The notes under the pieces were generated by a model. That model was given only the letters and a program-made list of their open reading frames with translations. It made no database searches and had not been told where the DNA came from. A stretch of 64,000 nucleotides of DNA from Bacteroidales bacterium (GTDB taxonomy: Bacteria > Bacteroidota > Bacteroidia > Bacteroidales > UBA7960): the NCBI GenBank assembly GCA_003557385.1, contig PWON01000204.1, forward strand, positions 6,853 through 70,852. Reading direction: 5' to 3'. The position numbers were made by a program, and so were the translations under genes. The number at the start of each line of letters is the position of its first letter. Positions within the stretch are counted from its first letter, which is position 1. Of this stretch, positions 1-9,610 are shown one piece after another.

Positions 1-614
1 TCATCACCGGAATGGCCGGCCGGATCTATTTCCCGGATGTATCTCTTTTGCCCGGCGCCGATCAGGAAAATATTTACCCCGTAATGGCCAGCCATCATCT
101 GCATCCTGTTTTGTTTGGTGTGGTCATCGCCAGCATATTTGCCGCCATCATGTCCACGGCCGATTCACAACTTTTGGTGGCTGCTTCTGCCCTGGTACGG
201 GATATATACGAAAAACTTGTTCACCGCCACCGTGAAATTCCCCAAAAAAAGCTGGTGGTGCTCAGCCGGCTGGTGGTGGTACTGTTGGTTATTCTGGCCC
301 TATTGCTTGGACTGCTCGCCGAAAAACTGGTGTTTTGGCTGGTTCTGTTTGCCTGGGCCGGGCTGGGGGCTGCTTTTGGTCCCACATCCATTCTGGCCCT
401 GTTCTGGAAAGGGACTACCAGGACAGGCATGATTGCAGGGATGATCTCCGGTGCGCTTACTGTGATCCTGTGGATTCGTGTGCCCCTGCTTGCAAACCTG
501 ATCTATGAACTGATTCCCGGCTTTTTTGTGGCCCTGGCGGTGACCCTGGTGGTAAGCCGTTTTACCAGGAAACCTGAAGGGGCAGAAGTTTTACATGATG
601 CCATGCGTCGCTGA
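1..614 (+). CDS. Sodium:solute symporter (SSF) family transporter, C-terminal part; 5' end lies outside the window
   Basis: The frame is open from the window edge (codons from nt 3). The product is multi-TM and carries an SSF-type motif, AAIMSTADSQLLVAASALVRDIY. Proline or pantothenate symporter-like. Confidence 0.75.
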   Translation, partial: ITGMAGRIYFPDVSLLPGADQENIYPVMASHHLHPVLFGVVIASIFAAIMSTADSQLLVAASALVRDIYEKLVHRHREIPQKKLVVLSRLVVVLLVILALLLGLLAEKLVFWLVLFAWAGLGAAFGPTSILALFWKGTTRTGMIAGMISGALTVILWIRVPLLANLIYELIPGFFVALAVTLVVSRFTRKPEGAEVLHDAMRR

Positions 615-646
615 ACTTATCCAGACTGACCCCGGATGGTGTCTGC

Positions 647-1573
647 TCAGGTAATAAAAAACAAGGCCACCCCGGCTACGCTTACCAGGGCACCCAGCAA
701 TTCCTTCCAGGTTATTTGTTGTTTATAAAGCAGATACGTCGCAGGCAGGATGAGGATGGGTGAAATGGACATGATGGTGGATGCAATGCCGGTGGCTGTA
801 TATTTCACAGCAACCAGTGAGGATGAAACACCCAGGAAGGGACCAAAGGTAGCCCCAAGAAGCATGAGCCATAAAGCAGTGCGATTGGTAAGTGCATTGC
901 CCACCGCCCCCCATTTCCGGAAAAAATGGATCACGATGCTGAATCCGATAATGCCTGCCAGAACGCGAATCTGGGTGGCAGAGAACGCGTCATAGTCTTG
1001 CATTCCATATTTGCTGAAAACCAGTCCCACAGCCTGTCCAAATGCTCCCAGCAAGGCATAAATAACCCCTGCAGGCGGAATATGCTCCGGCAACTTTCCC
1101 GGTTTGGCCCGCTGACCGCGTTTATGTAAAATGACCATGGCAATGCCCGAGAGCGTCAGGGCCATTCCCCCGAGATGAATCCATGCAAGGACCTCACCCA
1201 TGAGCAGCCATCCTGCAAAGGCAGTTATGGGTGGAACCAGGGTCATGATCAGCAGCGACAACCTGGAACCAATCAGCGTAAAGGCCTTGAATAAAAACAG
1301 GTCACCAATCACAAACCCCACCAGTCCGCTAAAGGCCAGCCAAAGCCAATTAAAGGACGTAGCGTCGGCCGGAAAGGGCATATCCCGCCGAATCCAGGAA
1401 AAAGCGGACAGGAGCACCAGGGCCATTACCAGACGGATAATGTTCACAGGCACACTGCCTACCTTTCTGCTTGCTGCTTCAAAAGAGATGGCTGTCACGG
1501 TCCAGCAAATGGCGGTGAACAGGGCCGCCATCTCCCCCATTCTGAATTCCATGCGATCAATTTTTCGGGGCAA
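647..1573 (-). CDS. EamA/DMT-superfamily transporter
   Basis: 308-aa ORF with about 10 hydrophobic helices in two EamA-like halves. The start could be one of several nearby Met codons. Confidence 0.8.
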   Translation of the reverse strand: MPRKIDRMEFRMGEMAALFTAICWTVTAISFEAASRKVGSVPVNIIRLVMALVLLSAFSWIRRDMPFPADATSFNWLWLAFSGLVGFVIGDLFLFKAFTLIGSRLSLLIMTLVPPITAFAGWLLMGEVLAWIHLGGMALTLSGIAMVILHKRGQRAKPGKLPEHIPPAGVIYALLGAFGQAVGLVFSKYGMQDYDAFSATQIRVLAGIIGFSIVIHFFRKWGAVGNALTNRTALWLMLLGATFGPFLGVSSSLVAVKYTATGIASTIMSISPILILPATYLLYKQQITWKELLGALVSVAGVALFFIT

Positions 1574-1600
1574 AGGTAAGGATAATGGCTTCTCGCCGGT

Positions 1601-1636
1601 AAAAAAAAAGCCGCCCTTGTCAGGTACGGCTTTTTG
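1601..1636 (-). terminator. Putative rho-independent terminator after the Spy/CpxP-like gene
   Basis: The minus strand reads AAAAAGCCG-loop-CGGCTTTTTTTTT: a GC stem followed by a T9 run, about 40 nt after the stop at 1676. Confidence 0.5.
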
Positions 1637-1675
1637 AACATTTAAACCCAGGAAACTAACGGGTTTGATGAGATA

Positions 1676-2200
1676 CTACCAGCGTCCGCGGCCCATGTGG
1701 GATGAACGTGCACCCGGGCGACCCATGGTGGCACGACCACCCGGCCTGCGCATGGTTTGGCTGTCAAATACAATGCGCTGTTCCTCGGTAAGTGTTTCGC
1801 GAATGGCCTGACGATGGGCAACATTCTCTTTAAGTTGCGCATTGCGCAAGGCGGTCATTTCATCAATCACCTGGTTGACGTCTCCTTCGCCCGTACCGGT
1901 GATCAGGCTGCGTTTGCGCGCACGCAATTCGTCCATCTTGTTGCGATGTCTGGTGCTTTGTTCGGTTTGCTTCAGGCGCAATTCCCTGATTTTTGCTTCC
2001 TGTTCCTGGGTCAGATCCGGAATCAACAGACAATACTCCTGCATAGCCATCTGGGGCCGTTGGGGACGCTCTACGGGCCTTTCAACAAATCTTTGCTGTG
2101 GACGTACATCCACTGACCTTCTGCCCCGCTGTGCCATGGCTTCTGCAGAAAAAAGCATTGTAAAAGCAAATAATGAGATTACTAACAATTGTGTTTTCAT
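1676..2200 (-). CDS. Periplasmic Spy/CpxP-family (LTxxQ) protein
   Basis: Signal peptide MKTQLLVISLFAFTMLFSAEAMA. Two LTxxQ motifs (LTQEQEAKI, LTEEQRIVF). Charged helical sequence. Confidence 0.75.
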   Translation of the reverse strand: MKTQLLVISLFAFTMLFSAEAMAQRGRRSVDVRPQQRFVERPVERPQRPQMAMQEYCLLIPDLTQEQEAKIRELRLKQTEQSTRHRNKMDELRARKRSLITGTGEGDVNQVIDEMTALRNAQLKENVAHRQAIRETLTEEQRIVFDSQTMRRPGGRATMGRPGARSSHMGRGRW

Positions 2201-2345
2201 AATTTTTTATGTTTTAAAAATGATTATTCTGTTCACCCCTTTGGATGCATCGGCCGGTAAATGGTTTAATGAAATGGTAAAAAAAAATTCAAATCCCGCT
2301 TCCAAACAAAATATGGAACCGATTGTTTTACATCGAAATGATTGT

Positions 2346-2353
2346 TATTTTTG
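2346..2353 (+). promoter_or_regulatory. Candidate Bacteroidota -7 promoter box (TAnnTTTG)
   Basis: TATTTTTG lies 44 nt upstream of the ATG at 2397. Confidence 0.3.
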
Positions 2354-2396
2354 TAGACCAAAGCAAAAACGATCCGAATGCCAAAGACTCAAATTT

Positions 2397-2930
2397 ATGA
2401 ACTGGAAAGAAATATCACCCAAAATACTGATCATTAGTGTTATTGTATTGTTCGCCGCCCTGATGAGGCTTATACCGCACTATCCGAACTTTACCCCGGT
2501 AGCTGCCATTGCCCTTTTTGCAGGGGCACATCTTGGCAAACGCTGGCTGGCCTATTTGGTTCCCCTTGCGGCCTTGTTTATCAGCGACCTGTTTTTGGGA
2601 TTTCACAACATGATGATCCCTGTGTACCTGGGTTTTTTCCTCATCGTCCTGCTGGGTACCCTGATGCGCAATAACATACGTGTTCCCTACTTAATTGGTG
2701 GCTCTCTGGCTGGGTCCCTGCTCTTTTTCCTGATCACGAACTTTGCCGTGTGGGCATTTACCCCTTACTATCCCAATACCCTGGCGGGACTGATCTCTTC
2801 CTACACGATGGCCATCCCGTTTTTTCATGCCAGTATCCTGGGTGACTTGTTTTACAATGGCCTGTTTTTCGGCGGATTTTACCTGGTACAGCAGTATTAT
2901 CCTGCGCTGAAACTGGTCAATAAAGAATAG
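2397..2930 (+). CDS. Small integral membrane protein (DUF6580-like)
   Basis: ATG at 2397 within the long 1842..2930 ORF. The upstream part of that ORF is antisense to the Spy-like gene and is not credible. The product has about 5 TM helices. Confidence 0.7.
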   Translation: MNWKEISPKILIISVIVLFAALMRLIPHYPNFTPVAAIALFAGAHLGKRWLAYLVPLAALFISDLFLGFHNMMIPVYLGFFLIVLLGTLMRNNIRVPYLIGGSLAGSLLFFLITNFAVWAFTPYYPNTLAGLISSYTMAIPFFHASILGDLFYNGLFFGGFYLVQQYYPALKLVNKE

Positions 2931-2943
2931 TGACCCGAAATCA

Positions 2944-3210
2944 ATGGCACTCACATTTTTCAAAATACCACGCAACAAAAAATTCAATTACAGGCCCGTT
3001 TACTACGACCAGAAGAAGGAAGAGCGTGAAAAGCGGCACAAGGCTGCTTTGGAGGAAGATGGCGGGGATTATGAAAAAGCCCTCAGGGAACGCCTGCAGA
3101 TGCGTTGGAAACGCACTTCCGGAATCAGAACCAGGCGGGCTTCGAAACAACGGCTACTTATTATTTTTGTCGTGATGTTTTTATTGCTTTATTTGATTTT
3201 CTTCATCTGA
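2944..3210 (+). CDS. Hypothetical small protein with a C-terminal TM anchor
   Basis: 88 aa. Charged N-terminal region followed by LLIIFVVMFLLLYLIFFI. Tightly packed between flanking genes. Confidence 0.5.
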   Translation: MALTFFKIPRNKKFNYRPVYYDQKKEEREKRHKAALEEDGGDYEKALRERLQMRWKRTSGIRTRRASKQRLLIIFVVMFLLLYLIFFI

Positions 3211-3232
3211 ATCCTTTAAATATAATACCTAC

Positions 3233-5077
3233 ATGTCGGATGTGATCAAGTTGTTGCCCGATGCCGTAGCCAACCAGATCGCTGCTGGAGAAGTGATACA
3301 AAGGCCTGCTTCGGCCGTGAAAGAATTGCTGGAAAATGCCATCGATGCAGGTGCAGATAATATCCAGCTAATTGTGAAAGACGCCGGGAAACCCCTGATC
3401 CAGGTTGTGGACAATGGGATGGGAATGACCCAAGCCGATGCTGTTTTATGTTTTAATCGTCACGCAACATCCAAAATAGAGCAAGCCAGTGATTTGTTTT
3501 CTATCCGTACCATGGGGTTCCGTGGCGAAGCACTGGCCAGTATTGCAGCCATTGCCCGGGTGGAACTTAAAACACGCACCGCTGATCAGCAGATCGGTAC
3601 GGAGGTGATCATAGAATCAGCCAAACTGAATTCTCAAAACCCATGCAATTGTCCAAAAGGCACCGGCATTTCAGTGAAGAATCTGTTTTTCAATACCCCT
3701 GCCAGGCGAAATTTCCTTAAATCAGACCAGGTGGAAAAAAGGCATATATTGCATGAATTGCAACGCATTGCCATTGCCAGACCCGATATTTCCTTTCAGT
3801 ATTACCAAAACAACCAGCTGACTCATCAGCTGAATAAAAGCAACCTAAAGCAGCGCATAGCCAATCTATTCGGAAGCAATTACAACCAACGCCTGGTGCC
3901 TGTAAATGAAAATACCCAGATTGTCAGGATCAGCGGTTTTACAGGCAAACCCGAATATGCAAAAAAAGCGCGGGGGGAGCAGTTTTTTTACGTCAATAAG
4001 CGCTATATCCGCTCACCCTATCTTAACCACGCCGTGGATAGTGCGTATAAGGAACTGATACCGGACGATGCCCATCCATCTTTTTTTCTTTTCCTTGAAA
4101 CGGCACCCGAACAAATCGATGTGAATGTGCATCCAACAAAAACAGAAATCAAGTTTCAGGACGACAAATACATCTACCAGATCATCAAAGCAGCCATCAG
4201 GCGTTCGCTTGGAAGCTACAACATCAGCCCCAGCCTTGATTTTGAGCAGGAAACGGCCTTTGATACTGACAGGCCGGTAAAAGACCGCCCGTCTAAGCCC
4301 CCCGCCATCAGGATTGACCCGGACTACAACCCTTTTGAAACAGACCGCCCACGCAAAGATACCGCCTCCGGCCCCCCTGGAAAAACCACCCCGGGACATT
4401 GGGAGAAAATGTATCCTGCAGATGTTGATCTGCCTGTACAGGAAGAAGCAAGTGACCGGAAGCAATTTGTCATCAGTCCGGACTGGGAAAGCAGGGCACC
4501 GGAAGAGAACGGCCAGAGGAAATTTTTTCAATTGCATGCCACCTACATTCTGACACCGGTAAAATCTGGAATGATGATAATTGACCAGCATAGGGCGCAC
4601 GAAAGGATATTGTTCGAACATTTCAGCCGAAATACAGCCTCAAAAAAAAACCATTCGCAGCAATTGCTGTTCCCGGAACAAATAAACCTTGCAGAAAACG
4701 AAGCGGGAATACTTAAAGAAATAATTGAAGTAATAAAGGGTTGTGGTTTTTCAATCAAAGTTTTAGATAATAATAATTTTGAAATAGACGCCATCCCGTC
4801 AGGCCTTCCCGAAAGCCAATCTTTGCAGCAGGTCATGGAAGGGATCATTGAAAACGTGCATGCCAACAGGGATGAGTTCAGTCAGGACATGTATGGCCAT
4901 GTGTTAAGGACCATGGCCAAACGAATGGCTGTAAAGCGTGGAAAAGCGTTGACGGAAGAAGAAATGTCTTCCATTGCCAACAACCTGTTTGCCTGCGAAA
5001 TGCCGCAATACAGCCCCACGGGCAAAATCGTCCTGCAGATCATCAGCCACCGTGAACTGTCTGAACGCTTTAAATAA
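3233..5077 (+). CDS. mutL: DNA mismatch repair protein MutL
   Basis: N-terminal GHKL ATPase motifs (IAAGEVIQRPASAVKELLENAIDAG, DNGMGM) and a MutL C-terminal dimerisation domain. 614 aa. Confidence 0.95.
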   Translation: MSDVIKLLPDAVANQIAAGEVIQRPASAVKELLENAIDAGADNIQLIVKDAGKPLIQVVDNGMGMTQADAVLCFNRHATSKIEQASDLFSIRTMGFRGEALASIAAIARVELKTRTADQQIGTEVIIESAKLNSQNPCNCPKGTGISVKNLFFNTPARRNFLKSDQVEKRHILHELQRIAIARPDISFQYYQNNQLTHQLNKSNLKQRIANLFGSNYNQRLVPVNENTQIVRISGFTGKPEYAKKARGEQFFYVNKRYIRSPYLNHAVDSAYKELIPDDAHPSFFLFLETAPEQIDVNVHPTKTEIKFQDDKYIYQIIKAAIRRSLGSYNISPSLDFEQETAFDTDRPVKDRPSKPPAIRIDPDYNPFETDRPRKDTASGPPGKTTPGHWEKMYPADVDLPVQEEASDRKQFVISPDWESRAPEENGQRKFFQLHATYILTPVKSGMMIIDQHRAHERILFEHFSRNTASKKNHSQQLLFPEQINLAENEAGILKEIIEVIKGCGFSIKVLDNNNFEIDAIPSGLPESQSLQQVMEGIIENVHANRDEFSQDMYGHVLRTMAKRMAVKRGKALTEEEMSSIANNLFACEMPQYSPTGKIVLQIISHRELSERFK

Positions 5078-5120
5078 TTTTGAAAATCGTAATTTTACCA
5101 TTTTATTCGTTAAATACACT

Positions 5121-5879
5121 ATGATGATGCAATACAGACCTGCCGGATTCAGTATGATGCCATTGGTAGTTAAGAATCTTCTGATAATAAACGGATTGTT
5201 TTTTCTTGCCACGATCTCAATGGCCGGCGCCTTTCATTTTGACCTGATCAAGACATTGGGGCTGTATATGCCCGGTTCGCCCGATTTTGAGCCCTATCAG
5301 CTTGTTACCCACATGTTCATGCATGCCAACTTCTCGCATATCTTTTTCAATATGTTTGCGTTGTGGATGTTCGGCACCGCCATTGAAAACCTGATGGGGC
5401 CAAAACGTTTTCTGACCTATTACCTGATCACAGGATTCGGGGCTGCCTTCCTGCACCTGGGGGTCAGTTATCTTGAAATGATCAATTTGCGGTCGGAACT
5501 GCTGGCTGCCGGTTACACGACAGGCGATTTAAGGCAGTTCATCGAATCGGGTTCTTACAGGGTTTTGCCAGGGGTTTCGGAGCGTACACTGGTCAATTAC
5601 CTGACCAAGTTCTTTATTCCCACGGTAGGTGCCTCCGGTGCCGTATTCGGCATTTTGCTGGCTTTTGGCATGTTCTTTCCCAACAGTTACATATACCTGT
5701 TTTTTGCCATTCCCATCAAGGCCAAATATTTTGTCATGGCTTACGGGGCCCTTGAATTATTCTTTGGCATTGCCAATCGTCCGGGCGATAATATTGCCCA
5801 CTTCGCACACCTTGGTGGCATGCTGTTTGGTTTTTTACTGATCAGGTACTGGCGACAAAAGCGAAAGATTTTTTATTAA
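5121..5879 (+). CDS. Rhomboid-family intramembrane serine protease
   Basis: Rhomboid motifs: HANFSHIFFNM, catalytic GASGAVFG, and HLGGMLFG. Confidence 0.85.
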   Translation: MMMQYRPAGFSMMPLVVKNLLIINGLFFLATISMAGAFHFDLIKTLGLYMPGSPDFEPYQLVTHMFMHANFSHIFFNMFALWMFGTAIENLMGPKRFLTYYLITGFGAAFLHLGVSYLEMINLRSELLAAGYTTGDLRQFIESGSYRVLPGVSERTLVNYLTKFFIPTVGASGAVFGILLAFGMFFPNSYIYLFFAIPIKAKYFVMAYGALELFFGIANRPGDNIAHFAHLGGMLFGFLLIRYWRQKRKIFY

Positions 5880-5906
5880 CCCGTGTAACCCGCATCGAAA
5901 AAGGTT

Positions 5907-6800
5907 ATGAGACAGTCAATATTTGAGGAGATCAAACAATTTTTTTTACGCGGATCAGTGCTGTCGAGGCTGATTGGGATCAATGTGGCCATATTTGTGT
6001 TGATCAACCTGCTGCGGGTTTTATTTTTTCTTTGGAATGCAGGCGGTCTGTCAGAATCCATGACCCATTGGCTGGGTATCTCCTCCAATATCCATGTGGT
6101 ACTTCAACGCCCATGGACACTGCTCACATACATGTTCCTGCACATTGAGTTTTTTCACATCCTGTTTAACATGATCGTGCTTTATGTCGGGGGCCGGTTG
6201 TTCAGCGATTTTATTGGCCAGGACCGTCTTACAGCTACCTACCTGCTAGGGGGACTGGCCGGAGCGTTGTTTTACATAGCCGCCTTCAACATATTCCCTG
6301 TGTTTGAAGATGTCGTGGCATTTGCGGTGGCCATTGGGGCTTCAGCTTCGGTATTGGCCATTTTTATTGCAATTGCCGTATATATGCCCAACTACCAATT
6401 GCCCTTGCTGCTGCTGGGCCGCATACGGCTCAAATACATTGCCATTTTCTTTGTTGTTCTGGATGTGATCAGTATAGACAAAGGCAACCCCGGCGGACAC
6501 CTTGCACATCTCGGCGGCGCCTTATGGGGGTTTACATACGCCAGTATGCTGAAATCGGGCAAAGACCCGGCACTTGTCATCGGTTTCTATCTGAGCAAAT
6601 TTGGCAGGCTCTTTCAAAAAAACCCCCGGCTGAGGGTCGAATACACAAGTAAGCAGCCCGTGACAGACGATGAATACAACCGCAACAGGGCAGATCACCA
6701 AAAAAGAATAGACAAGATCCTGGATAAGATCTCCAAAAGTGGCTACGATAGCCTGACAAAAGAAGAAAAAGAGATATTGTTCAGGTCGGGTGATAAATAA
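5907..6800 (+). CDS. Rhomboid-family intramembrane serine protease with a charged C-terminal tail
   Basis: HIEFFHILFNM, GASASVLA, AHLGGALWG, plus a soluble extension of about 70 aa. Confidence 0.85.
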   Translation: MRQSIFEEIKQFFLRGSVLSRLIGINVAIFVLINLLRVLFFLWNAGGLSESMTHWLGISSNIHVVLQRPWTLLTYMFLHIEFFHILFNMIVLYVGGRLFSDFIGQDRLTATYLLGGLAGALFYIAAFNIFPVFEDVVAFAVAIGASASVLAIFIAIAVYMPNYQLPLLLLGRIRLKYIAIFFVVLDVISIDKGNPGGHLAHLGGALWGFTYASMLKSGKDPALVIGFYLSKFGRLFQKNPRLRVEYTSKQPVTDDEYNRNRADHQKRIDKILDKISKSGYDSLTKEEKEILFRSGDK

Positions 6801-6806
6801 AACGGC

Positions 6807-8831
6807 ATGCCTTTCAAACTTGTTTCTGACTTCTCTCCCACCGGCGACCAACCCGAAGCCATTGCCGAACTGGTTGGCGGGATCCGGGATGGTTTGCCTT
6901 TTCAAACCTTGCTGGGGGTAACTGGATCAGGAAAGACATTTACCATTGCCAACGTCCTGCAAGAGGTCCAGCGACCCACCCTGGTACTGAGCCATAACAA
7001 AACGCTGGCTGCCCAACTCTATGGAGAATTCAGGCATTTTTTTCCGGACAATGCCGTGGAGTATTTTGTTTCCTATTACGATTATTATCAGCCGGAAGCA
7101 TATATCCCAACTACAAACACCTACATTGAGAAAGACCTTTCGATCAATGACGAGATCGAGAAATTGCGCCTTAGTACCACAAGTGCCTTGTTGTCTGGTC
7201 GTCGCGACATAATTGTTGTAAGCTCAGTATCATGCATTTACGGCATTGGGAACCCGGATGATTTCAGCAAAAACACCATCAGGTTGGAAGCCGGAGACAT
7301 CATAAGCCGCAATAAATTGCTTCACCGGCTAGTAGCCAGCTTATACAGCCGGTCTGCCATAGAATTCAACAGGGGTCATTTCCGTGTAACGGGCGATACG
7401 GTAGATGTTTTCCCTGCATACGCTGACAAAGCATGCAGGATCACATTCTGGGGCGATGAGATTGAATCGCTTGTTTTCTTCGATCCTGAAACAGGCAGAT
7501 CACTCGAAGAACTGAAACAACTGACCATCTATCCGGCAAATATTTTTGTCACCAGCCCCGACCGGATGAAGGAGGCCATCCGTAGCATCCAGGACGATTT
7601 GGTGGAACAGGCTGCCTTTCTGCGGAACAACGGCAGGCAATTGGAGGCTCAGCGTCTGGAAGATCGCGTAAATTATGACCTTGAAATGATTCGCGAATTG
7701 GGTTATTGTTCCGGGATTGAAAACTATTCCCGCTATTTTGACGGTCGCAAACCGGGATCCAGGCCATTCTGCCTGCTGGATTATTTCCCGGATGATTACC
7801 TGATGGTCATTGATGAAAGCCATGTAACGGTTTCGCAGGTACACGGTATGTACGGCGGCGATTTTTCCAGAAAAAAGAACCTGGTGGAATATGGATTCCG
7901 GTTGCCGGCAGCCCTTGATAACCGTCCGTTGAAGTTCGATGAATTTGAGCAGCTGATGAATCAGGTCATTTTTGTCAGTGCCACCCCCGCCGATTATGAG
8001 TTGCAAAAAAGCGAAGGCGTGGTGGTGGAACAGCTGATCCGTCCAACCGGCTTGCTCGAACCACCCATTGAGGTCAGACCGAGCAAGAATCAAATAGATG
8101 ACCTCCTGGAGGAGATTAACCTGCGTACCGGCAATCATGAACGCACCCTCGTTACGACTCTCACCAAAAGGATGACGGAAGAGCTTTCCAGGTACCTGAC
8201 CGGTGCAGGCATCCAATGCCGCTACATCCATTCTGACATCGATACCCTTGAAAGGGTTGAAATATTGCGCGATTTGCGCCTGGGCAACTTTGATGTGCTG
8301 GTTGGGGTCAACCTGCTCCGCGAAGGACTTGATTTGCCGGAAGTATCGCTGGTAGCCATCCTGGATGCCGACAACGAGGGGTTTCTGCGCTCTGAACGTT
8401 CTCTGATACAAACTGCAGGGCGTGCAGCCCGCAATATCAACAGCAAAGTGATCATGTACGCCGACCGCATTACCCGTTCCATGCAGGCGGCCATTGATGA
8501 AACAAAGCGAAAGCGCGAGAACCAATTACACTACAATAAAAAACACAACATAACCCCTGCACAGATTATGAAATCGGTCGAAGCCATCCATGGCCAGACC
8601 ACCGTGGCTGACCAGAAAACAAGGGCCGGGGTATATGCCGGCCAACAGAAAGCAGACCTGGCGGCTGATCCGGTTATACAATACATGGGCAGGGATCAAA
8701 TGAAAAAGGCCATCAACCAGAGCAGGCGGCTCATGGAGAAAGCGGCAAAAGAGTTCGATTTCGTCGAAGCGGCAAAATATCGCGACGACATGTATGCACT
8801 GGAAAAAATATTCAGGGAAAGATTCCTATGA
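6807..8831 (+). CDS. uvrB: Excinuclease ABC subunit B
   Basis: Walker A GVTGSGKT, DESH box, helicase motifs, and a C-terminal UVR domain (FDFVEAAKYRDDMYALE). 674 aa. Confidence 0.97.
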   Translation: MPFKLVSDFSPTGDQPEAIAELVGGIRDGLPFQTLLGVTGSGKTFTIANVLQEVQRPTLVLSHNKTLAAQLYGEFRHFFPDNAVEYFVSYYDYYQPEAYIPTTNTYIEKDLSINDEIEKLRLSTTSALLSGRRDIIVVSSVSCIYGIGNPDDFSKNTIRLEAGDIISRNKLLHRLVASLYSRSAIEFNRGHFRVTGDTVDVFPAYADKACRITFWGDEIESLVFFDPETGRSLEELKQLTIYPANIFVTSPDRMKEAIRSIQDDLVEQAAFLRNNGRQLEAQRLEDRVNYDLEMIRELGYCSGIENYSRYFDGRKPGSRPFCLLDYFPDDYLMVIDESHVTVSQVHGMYGGDFSRKKNLVEYGFRLPAALDNRPLKFDEFEQLMNQVIFVSATPADYELQKSEGVVVEQLIRPTGLLEPPIEVRPSKNQIDDLLEEINLRTGNHERTLVTTLTKRMTEELSRYLTGAGIQCRYIHSDIDTLERVEILRDLRLGNFDVLVGVNLLREGLDLPEVSLVAILDADNEGFLRSERSLIQTAGRAARNINSKVIMYADRITRSMQAAIDETKRKRENQLHYNKKHNITPAQIMKSVEAIHGQTTVADQKTRAGVYAGQQKADLAADPVIQYMGRDQMKKAINQSRRLMEKAAKEFDFVEAAKYRDDMYALEKIFRERFL

Positions 8832-9538
8832 CAACCCTCACCGAACGTCTATACCAACAACGCACATCGCTGCATCCGATTTGCCTGCCAGAACCAGGTC
8901 AGGACAATACCCTGTTGCTTGACCTCACGGAAAACAACCCGGACATACAAAATTCAGTCAAGAATACGACAGAAATACTCGGACAATACATCTTTAGCAG
9001 GATGAAGGCACAGCAGGCCATGTATGCCTATGGCGGTTATCTGGAAGACCGCGCGGTATACCGCCGCAGTTCGCTTTTTGGTGGCCCCGGCGCGGACTCC
9101 CGGAGTATTCACCTGGGAACCGACCTGTGGGCGGCAGCCGGCACACCGGTTTACCTGCCACTCGACGGATATGTTCACAGTTTTCAGAACAATGCGCAAC
9201 ATGGCGATTACGGCCCCACCATCATCATCGGCCACCACCTGCAGGAAATATCATTTTTTACCCTCTACGGGCATCTTACCACAGATTCTCTAAATGGCAT
9301 CGAAACACACATGCCATTGAAAGCAGGTCAAATGCTTTGCCACATAGGCGATGCCCCGGAAAACGGAGACTGGCCACCACACCTGCATTTTCAGATCATT
9401 ACCGACATGAAAGGCAACACAGGAGATTTCCCCGGTGTGGCCTATCCACGCGAAAAGCATACCTATCAAAAGATATGTCCGGATCCGGCGGTTTTTTTCC
9501 AAAAACTTTTCCCAGGCCCTGACAAAGTATTTTCCTGA
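8828..9538 (+). CDS. M23-family metallopeptidase
   Basis: HLGTD (HxxxD) and PPHLHFQI (HxH) motifs. The start overlaps the uvrB stop (ATGA). Confidence 0.75.
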   Translation: MTTLTERLYQQRTSLHPICLPEPGQDNTLLLDLTENNPDIQNSVKNTTEILGQYIFSRMKAQQAMYAYGGYLEDRAVYRRSSLFGGPGADSRSIHLGTDLWAAAGTPVYLPLDGYVHSFQNNAQHGDYGPTIIIGHHLQEISFFTLYGHLTTDSLNGIETHMPLKAGQMLCHIGDAPENGDWPPHLHFQIITDMKGNTGDFPGVAYPREKHTYQKICPDPAVFFQKLFPGPDKVFS

Positions 9539-9564
9539 TTTTTTGCACAAACAGGATAATAGTT

Positions 9565-9572
9565 TATTTTTG
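9565..9572 (+). promoter_or_regulatory. Candidate Bacteroidota -7 promoter box (TAnnTTTG)
   Basis: TATTTTTG lies 39 nt upstream of the ATG at 9611. Confidence 0.3.
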
Positions 9573-9610
9573 CCAGATAAATACTGTTTTTTAAATCTAT
9601 AGTTATAAGT

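Noticed and set aside
1842-2396. The 5' part of the 362-aa ORF 1842..2930.
   Set aside because: This part is antisense to the Spy/CpxP-like gene and reads as nonsense (Cys/Arg-rich). A membrane-protein sequence only begins at the ATG at 2397.
7500-8525. Long antisense ORFs inside large genes: 341 aa opposite uvrB. Similar cases are 19865..20605 opposite clpB, 16986..17624 opposite rpsP, 18515..19189 opposite the DAACS gene, 29435..30049 opposite secA, 44184..44825 opposite the hydrogenase-kinase, 4013..4621 opposite mutL and 61809..62438 opposite the triple FKBP gene.
   Set aside because: Each lies entirely within a confidently identified conserved gene on the other strand. Their translations are low-complexity or compositionally odd with no recognisable motifs, which is typical of shadow ORFs.
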